Of a stretch of DNA of 64,000 bases, positions 58,078 through 64,000 are shown piece by piece; positions within the stretch are counted from its first letter, which is position 1, and the number at the start of each line of letters is the position of its first letter. The notes beneath the pieces were generated by a model. That model worked only from the letters and a program-made list of their open reading frames with translations, ran no database searches and was not told where the DNA came from. The stretch comes from Nitrospirota bacterium (GTDB lineage: Bacteria > Nitrospirota > Thermodesulfovibrionia > UBA6902 > JAJYJJ01): positions 66,617 through 130,616 of the forward strand of contig JAJYJJ010000004.1 in NCBI GenBank assembly GCA_021789595.1, given 5' to 3'. Both the position numbers and the translations under genes were made by a program.

Positions 58078-60507
58078 TCAGATAATCAATAGGGAAAGAT
58101 TCCTGAATTCATCCTTTAGGTCTTTTGCCTCTCTTATGGTCATATCCCAGTAAGTCCTGACCTCTATCCTCCCATCTTCTTCCATTATCTGCACCTCGCC
58201 GTCTCTGTCTGTCTCATACAATGCCGCTCTTGTAAGGCTATACCTTTTAATGGTTTCGGGGTTGGGATGATTAAATGGATTGTACTTCCCAACGCTTGCA
58301 ACAGCTATTTTGGGCAACACTAAGGCAAGGAATTCCTCTGTACTTGATGTCCTTCCCCCATGATGAGGAACCTTTATTACATCGCTCTTGAGATGCCTTC
58401 CAAGAGATATAATACTGTCCTCTGCATCCTGTTCAATATCCCCTGGCAGAAGAACGGATATGCCCTTTCCATCAATCTTTAACACGAGGGATTCACTGTT
58501 CTGATTTGAATATAACCCCCTTGTTGATGAGCTATAGAATCCGCTATATGGATGCAGGCAATAGACAGAGTAACCTCTGCCCTGCATCATATCCCCCCTC
58601 TGCATAACCCTGCGGAATATCCTCTTCTCAGCAATGGCCATGTAGAGCTCCATCGCCTCTTTGTTGTCTCTGCCGTTGTCCCAGAACTCACCGACCTTGA
58701 AATTCCTCAGTATATAGAGAAGCCCTTTATAGTGGTCAGGATGGGGGTGGCTCATAACAACAAAATCCACTTTTTTAATGCCCCTATTCCATAGTTCAGG
58801 GGCAATAACCCTCCTTCCAATATCCATATCCTTTATACCGCCTCCATCAATAAGCATATTTCTTCCATCGGGAAGTTCAATGAGCGATGAATCACCCTGA
58901 CCAACATCGAAGAATGTAACCCTCAGGTCACCTCTGCCCTGAACAGGTATAAATATATAGAGTGCCATGGGAATAGCTATGGCAGCCTTCATCCACCATT
59001 TTCTACCTTTAACAAACAGGAATGCAGAGATGTAGTAAAACACAATGATAAATACAGAAGGCGATGGTATACGGAGGTTTGAATACGGGATGCTGGCAAA
59101 GGATCTTACCATCTTGATGGATATTCGTGATAATGTATCTATAATGCCCCCGAATGGAAGGACCTGGCTGTGAAGGACTATTGAAAGGATGCTGCTTAAA
59201 AGCCCCAGCGGCAGGACAAGGAAACAAACAAACGGCGTTATAATAAGGTTTGATATGGGTGAGATTAAGGAGAACTGGTGGAAGTTATATGCCATTATCG
59301 GTGCGGTGCCGAGGGTTGCAGATAGCGTTATGAGTATTGAGTCCTTCAGATAAAGCAGTGCCCTCTTCCACAGGTTTGCCTCACCATCAAATCCTCCCCA
59401 TCTTTCAAGTGTATATCCCATAAAGAACACGGCAAGGAAGGAAAGCTGAAATGAGACATCAAATATCGCCCACGGCTCTATCAAAAGGATTATAAGGGCA
59501 GCTATGCCAAGTGCATTCAACCATTGTCTCTGCCTTCCAATAAGAACTGCAATCATATAGAGGAATATCATTATAAAAGAACGAAGGGCAGGTATGCTCC
59601 CGCCTGAGAGCATCAGATAAAATATCAGGATGGGAAGGCTGAGCAGGAGCGCAAGTTGTGTTGGTGTAATATACATGGTAAGCCTGAGAAGTATCTTATG
59701 GGGAAGGGACTTTATGATGAATCTTATGAATAAGAGGATCAGAAAACTTAAAAGGCCAAAGTGCGTTCCTGAGATGCTGAGCAGGTGTGCAACCCCGGAT
59801 GCACTGAAGGCATCCCTTAACTCATCATCTATATTGCCCTGCCTTCCAATTATCATAGCCTCCATAAATGCTGAATTATCCTTATCAAATGACCTTTCAA
59901 AGACCTTGCTCAGATATTCCCTCTTTTCATATATCCACCTGCCTATAGTCTCTGCATTTTGTCTCTTTATTACCTCTATATTCTTTACAAAGCCCACGGC
60001 ATTAATGCCCTGTCTTTTCAGGTACTGCCCTGGATTATAGGAGCCTGTGTTGAGAAAACCCCTTGGCTCTTTTAACCTTGTCTGGGCAATAATACTGTCG
60101 CCTTTTGATATATCAACCCTGCCTTTAAAAGACAGCCTTATCCTATCAGAGAGGCCGGCAGATACATTAATCTCTCTGGCATCAAGGTCAAAGGAAGACC
60201 TGTCTCCGTGCACATCAGGATAGGATGCCACATCACCCCCTATGAAGAGTTCTGTATTAAGGGGATAAGATACCTGCCCATCTCTCATAGACAGGCTTCT
60301 TATGCCTGGATAGGCAATGCCGAGCATCAACAGGCATGAAAACAATACAATGGGGAATGGATGATTGGATAATCCTTTCTTTATTATCCCTTTATAAGGG
60401 ATCTCATATAGGAGGATGCTGATTATAACAGCCTTAACAGTATAGGGGAAATATGGCAGGAGGTAATAAAGAAAGACACCTGTGAGGAATGGCAGGGCAA
60501 TATTCAT
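58078..60507 (-). CDS. comEC: DNA internalization competence protein ComEC/Rec2
   Basis: HLLSISGTH, SFQLSF, DVGQGD, SHPHPDH, KVPHHG, NPFNHP. Confidence 0.92.
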   Translation of the reverse strand: MNIALPFLTGVFLYYLLPYFPYTVKAVIISILLYEIPYKGIIKKGLSNHPFPIVLFSCLLMLGIAYPGIRSLSMRDGQVSYPLNTELFIGGDVASYPDVHGDRSSFDLDAREINVSAGLSDRIRLSFKGRVDISKGDSIIAQTRLKEPRGFLNTGSYNPGQYLKRQGINAVGFVKNIEVIKRQNAETIGRWIYEKREYLSKVFERSFDKDNSAFMEAMIIGRQGNIDDELRDAFSASGVAHLLSISGTHFGLLSFLILLFIRFIIKSLPHKILLRLTMYITPTQLALLLSLPILIFYLMLSGGSIPALRSFIMIFLYMIAVLIGRQRQWLNALGIAALIILLIEPWAIFDVSFQLSFLAVFFMGYTLERWGGFDGEANLWKRALLYLKDSILITLSATLGTAPIMAYNFHQFSLISPISNLIITPFVCFLVLPLGLLSSILSIVLHSQVLPFGGIIDTLSRISIKMVRSFASIPYSNLRIPSPSVFIIVFYYISAFLFVKGRKWWMKAAIAIPMALYIFIPVQGRGDLRVTFFDVGQGDSSLIELPDGRNMLIDGGGIKDMDIGRRVIAPELWNRGIKKVDFVVMSHPHPDHYKGLLYILRNFKVGEFWDNGRDNKEAMELYMAIAEKRIFRRVMQRGDMMQGRGYSVYCLHPYSGFYSSSTRGLYSNQNSESLVLKIDGKGISVLLPGDIEQDAEDSIISLGRHLKSDVIKVPHHGGRTSSTEEFLALVLPKIAVASVGKYNPFNHPNPETIKRYSLTRAALYETDRDGEVQIMEEDGRIEVRTYWDMTIREAKDLKDEFRNLSLLII

Positions 60508-60534
60508 GTGAAAGGTATATCAAGGATAATCATT

Positions 60535-61881
60535 TTAGCCCATCTTCTGTCTTATTACCTTTGCAATGCCACTGGCAATATCCTTTATCTTTCTGGCATC
60601 TTTACCCTCGACCATTATCCTTATCGTTGGCTCGGTACCTGATGCCCTGACAAGCACCCTCCCATTGTTAAGGCCCTTCTCTGCATCCCTTATTGCGGTC
60701 TTTATCTCAGGGACACTGGAAATATCCATTTTTTCCTTAACCACTGCATTTATAAGTACCTGTGGATATAACTGTATTTTTGATGCAAGCCATGACAGTG
60801 GTTTATCCTTTGTCTTCATAATCGACAATACCTGAAGGGCTGTTATGATCCCATCTCCTGTAGTATTGTGGTCGAGGAAGATTACATGGCCTGACTGCTC
60901 TCCTCCAAGGTTGTATCCTCCTTTAAGCATCCTCTCAAGGACATATCTGTCACCAACCCTTGTCCTCAAAAGCCCTATCCCGGCCTTTTTGAGGGTCTTT
61001 TCAAAACCCATGTTACTCATAACTGTTGAGACGACTGTATCCTTTTTCAGTCTCCCTTCTTCCTTCATTGAAAGGGCACAGATTCCCATTACTTGATCGC
61101 CATCAACAACATTACCCCTTTCGTCGCACAGGATTGCTCTGTCAGCATCACCGTCATGGGCAATCCCTATATCTGCCTTATGCTCAAGGACTGCTTTTTG
61201 TATTGCCTCCGGGTGGGTAGAGCCGCATCCATCATTTATATTCAGCCCATTTGGCCTGTCGTTTATGGAGATGACATCTGCTCCAAGCTCTCTTAGAACC
61301 CACGGTGTTACCTTATATGCTGCACCATTGGCCGAATCAATAACTATCCTTATCCCATCAAGTGCCATCCCTTTTGGAAAGGTGGACTTTATATACTCTA
61401 TATATCTGCCTGATGCATCATCGACCCTGTATGCCTTCCCTATCTCAATGCCTGTAGGTCGCAATCTCTTGAATTTTTCAGAAAATGCCGCATCCTCTAT
61501 CCTTTTTTCCACATCATCTGGAAGTTTAAATCCGCCGGATGAGAAGAACTTTATGCCATTGTCATCATATGGGTTATGCGAGGCAGATATGACGATCCCT
61601 GCATCAACCCTGAGACTTCTTGTAATGAACGCTATACCAGGCGTTGGAAGCGGACCAACAAGCACTACATTCATCCCCATAGAACATATGCCAGATGTAA
61701 GGGCGCTCTCTATCATATAGCCAGAAAGCCTTGTATCCTTCCCTATAAGTATCATGTTCCTTCCATGCTCTTCCCTGAGTACATATGCTGCTGCCCTTCC
61801 TATCTTTAGGGCAACCTCACTTGTCATGGGATACTGGTTTGCCTTGCCCCTAATACCGTCGGTTCCAAAAATCCTCCTCAC
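60535..61881 (-). CDS. glmM: Phosphoglucosamine mutase
   Basis: [35 protein letters not shown]. Confidence 0.95.
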   Translation of the reverse strand: MRRIFGTDGIRGKANQYPMTSEVALKIGRAAAYVLREEHGRNMILIGKDTRLSGYMIESALTSGICSMGMNVVLVGPLPTPGIAFITRSLRVDAGIVISASHNPYDDNGIKFFSSGGFKLPDDVEKRIEDAAFSEKFKRLRPTGIEIGKAYRVDDASGRYIEYIKSTFPKGMALDGIRIVIDSANGAAYKVTPWVLRELGADVISINDRPNGLNINDGCGSTHPEAIQKAVLEHKADIGIAHDGDADRAILCDERGNVVDGDQVMGICALSMKEEGRLKKDTVVSTVMSNMGFEKTLKKAGIGLLRTRVGDRYVLERMLKGGYNLGGEQSGHVIFLDHNTTGDGIITALQVLSIMKTKDKPLSWLASKIQLYPQVLINAVVKEKMDISSVPEIKTAIRDAEKGLNNGRVLVRASGTEPTIRIMVEGKDARKIKDIASGIAKVIRQKMG

Positions 61882-62516
61882 CTTCGCCTCCCAATAATGA
61901 CATTTATCCTGACCCCTTCTCTCCTCAATTTTATATTCCTTCCCCCCGTATCAAGGTTTATATCCTGTCTCAGGTCTTCCCTGAGCCCAGTTATATCAAC
62001 AGGTTCGGTCTTTATAGAATAGATACCCATAACCACACTCCTCGGTCCTTCGATATCAACCTTCCGCGGAGATATCTCTATTGCCTTAACCTCATATCCT
62101 GTCTCTGGTCTGCCTATAACTATAGGCATTACAACAACGGTCTTTTTAATAACTTCTTCAAGCCTTACCTTTACGGTATTTGGTGTTATCTTTGTTATAA
62201 CAACGCTTGATGGAAGATTTATATTCTTTGGCTGGAGTTTGAAATAGGACTCTCCTCTGTTTGCCTTGCTCAGGTCTATATAGGCATTTATATCTCCAGG
62301 CCTAAGAGACCTCAGTATCCTGTCCTGTCCTCTGACCCTGATGTCTATTTTCTTTGGGGTCTCATCAACAAGCTCAAGACTCAGAGGGATATTTTTTAAT
62401 TCTACCGGTATATCCATACCTATCTCTGAACGCCCCCTGAATGTAACAAACAGCCATAGTACAACGGCAAGGAAAAAGGCTGTGAGCTTTAGACCAATAT
62501 CCCGTGTAAGGTTCAT
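61878..62516 (-). CDS. cdaR: CdaR (YbbR-domain) regulator
   Basis: N-terminal TM (LAVVLWLFV), YbbR-like repeats. Lies between cdaA and glmM. Confidence 0.85.
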   Translation of the reverse strand: MNLTRDIGLKLTAFFLAVVLWLFVTFRGRSEIGMDIPVELKNIPLSLELVDETPKKIDIRVRGQDRILRSLRPGDINAYIDLSKANRGESYFKLQPKNINLPSSVVITKITPNTVKVRLEEVIKKTVVVMPIVIGRPETGYEVKAIEISPRKVDIEGPRSVVMGIYSIKTEPVDITGLREDLRQDINLDTGGRNIKLRREGVRINVIIGRRR

Positions 62517-63283
62517 ACCTTCCTCCTCTTTTTTGATGGTGAAAGGATGGATGTCAGGTTGTCGCGCAGTGAAGACATATCAGGACTCTTTTCCAGCTTC
62601 CCGCCTACGGCAATAGAGATATCGCCTGTTTCCTCTGAAACAACAACGGCAACTGCGTCTGTTTCCTCTGTGAGGCCGAGTGCTGCCCTGTGCCTTGTGC
62701 CAAAGCTCTTGCTGACCTCAGTGGTTAAAGTCAACGGTAAGAAACAGCCCGCAGCAACAATCCTGTTGCCTCTTATTATTATTGCCCCGTCATGGATGGG
62801 AGAGGTCGGGTGGAATATGCTCAGCAGAAGCTCCTTGGAGACCCTTGCATCCAGGGGTGTGCCTACCTCTACAAAATCCTTCAGACTTGTCTCCCTTTCA
62901 ATTACTATCAGTGCTCCAAGCCTCCTGTTTGAAAGTGCAACAGAGCCCTTTACTATCTCCTCAAGTGATTTAAACTCCTCAAGTGAGGAGAGGCTTGAAA
63001 AAAAGGATGTCTCGCCCATATGTGCAAGCGCCCTCCTTATCTCAGGCTGGAAAAGCACTATAAGGACAATAACTATCTGAGACCAGAAGCTCTGGATAAG
63101 CCAATCTATGGTATAGAATTCGAAATATCGTGCTACCATAAAGGCTATCAGGAGAAGACCAAGCCCGATCAGCATCCTTGCTGCCTTTGTGCCCTTTATT
63201 ATCAGGAGGATGCGATACAGGATTATGGTAACAAGCAGTATGTCAACAACATCCTGCCACCTTAACTGTTTAAGAAGTTCCAA
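62513..63283 (-). CDS. cdaA: Diadenylate cyclase CdaA/DacA
   Basis: Three TMs, FQPEIRRAL, HDGA and GTRHRAA motifs. Confidence 0.94.
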   Translation of the reverse strand: MELLKQLRWQDVVDILLVTIILYRILLIIKGTKAARMLIGLGLLLIAFMVARYFEFYTIDWLIQSFWSQIVIVLIVLFQPEIRRALAHMGETSFFSSLSSLEEFKSLEEIVKGSVALSNRRLGALIVIERETSLKDFVEVGTPLDARVSKELLLSIFHPTSPIHDGAIIIRGNRIVAAGCFLPLTLTTEVSKSFGTRHRAALGLTEETDAVAVVVSEETGDISIAVGGKLEKSPDMSSLRDNLTSILSPSKKRRKV

Positions 63284-63316
63284 ACATTCCTCCAGGTCTA
63301 AGGCAGATGATCTTTA

Positions 63317-64000
63317 TTATATCAAATGTCCCTTTTTTATAGCATCTGCAACCCCCGCAACCCTTGACATTTCCTTTACATCATGCACCCGTATAATATT
63401 AGCGCCCTTCATGATGCCGATAGCAACGGTTGCTGCTGTTCCCTCGATCCTTTCTGCAGGAGGGAGACCACCAAGTATCCTACCGATAAAGGACTTTCTT
63501 GATGTCCCAAGCAGTAAGGGTTTCTCAAGCTGTGTAAATTCATCAAGATGTCTAATTATCTGGAGGTTGTGCTCAAGGGTCTTTCCAAAACCTATTCCAG
63601 GGTCTATAACAATCATGTCTCCTGCTACCCCGGCATCCTCAGCCCTTATTATCCCCTCTCTCAGATAATCCATGATCTCAGGTATAAGTGCATCATACCT
63701 TGGGTCATCCTGCATATCCTTTGGCGTCCCCTTCATGTGCATAATTACAACGGGGAGTTTATATCTTGCGGCTACCTCTGGCATCCTTCGGTCAAAATGC
63801 AGTCCGCTTATGTCGTTGATCATTGATGCCCCCGCATTGATGGCCTGCTCGGCAACAGAAGACCGATAGGTATCTATAGAGATAGGTATCCTGAGCCTCC
63901 CTGATAATGCAGTGATGACAGGAATAACCCTTTCTATCTCCTCATCCTCTGAGATCTCCTCAGCGCCTGGCCTTGTGGATTGCCCTCCGATGTCTATGAT
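63317..64000 (-). CDS. folP: Dihydropteroate synthase (5' truncated by window edge)
   Basis: IDIGGQSTRPGA, SIDTY, INDISG, DPGIGFGK, SRKSF, RVHDV. Confidence 0.93.
   Translation of the reverse strand: MIDIGGQSTRPGAEEISEDEEIERVIPVITALSGRLRIPISIDTYRSSVAEQAINAGASMINDISGLHFDRRMPEVAARYKLPVVIMHMKGTPKDMQDDPRYDALIPEIMDYLREGIIRAEDAGVAGDMIVIDPGIGFGKTLEHNLQIIRHLDEFTQLEKPLLLGTSRKSFIGRILGGLPPAERIEGTAATVAIGIMKGANIIRVHDVKEMSRVAGVADAIKKGHLI

Overview
A ~45% GC, gene-dense window from an anaerobic Gram-negative bacterium. Gene content and style suggest Nitrospirota (Thermodesulfovibrionia-like) or a deltaproteobacteria-like lineage; this is inference only. Most of it is housekeeping (hisD, proA, surA, gpsA, gltX, ybeY, phoH, queA, secD, yajC, trpC/trpB2/trpF, ruvB, rimO, thiL, lon, galU, bioF, comEC, glmM-cdaR-cdaA-folP, tRNA-Lys). 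Four parts stand out. (1) 2.1-10.8 kb: a sigma54-driven, Geobacter-like split-pilin locus with TWO very short aromatic-rich type IVa pilins (58 aa mature), one PilA-C-like partner, an xap-like ABC exporter and a GT-C/UbiA/GT4/GT9 glycosylation cassette. (2) 42.6-46.2 kb: a TlpA-CcdA-multiheme cytochrome c operon headed by a small membrane-targeted ORF ending in an IFRPP candidate ribosome-arrest motif. (3) 57.5-58.05 kb: an unannotated c-di-GMP-I (GEMM-I) riboswitch with an overlapping terminator (predicted ON switch) controlling a 106-aa unknown protein ending in Gly-Gly. (4) Several short palindromic/MITE-like elements, one with a 4-bp target duplication and one inserted in frame in an ABC ATPase. 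phoH has no canonical in-frame start codon, and secF and tgt are missing from their usual operon. No CRISPR array, transposase, integrase or defence system was seen. All family assignments come from motif recognition and recalled sequences, not database searches.
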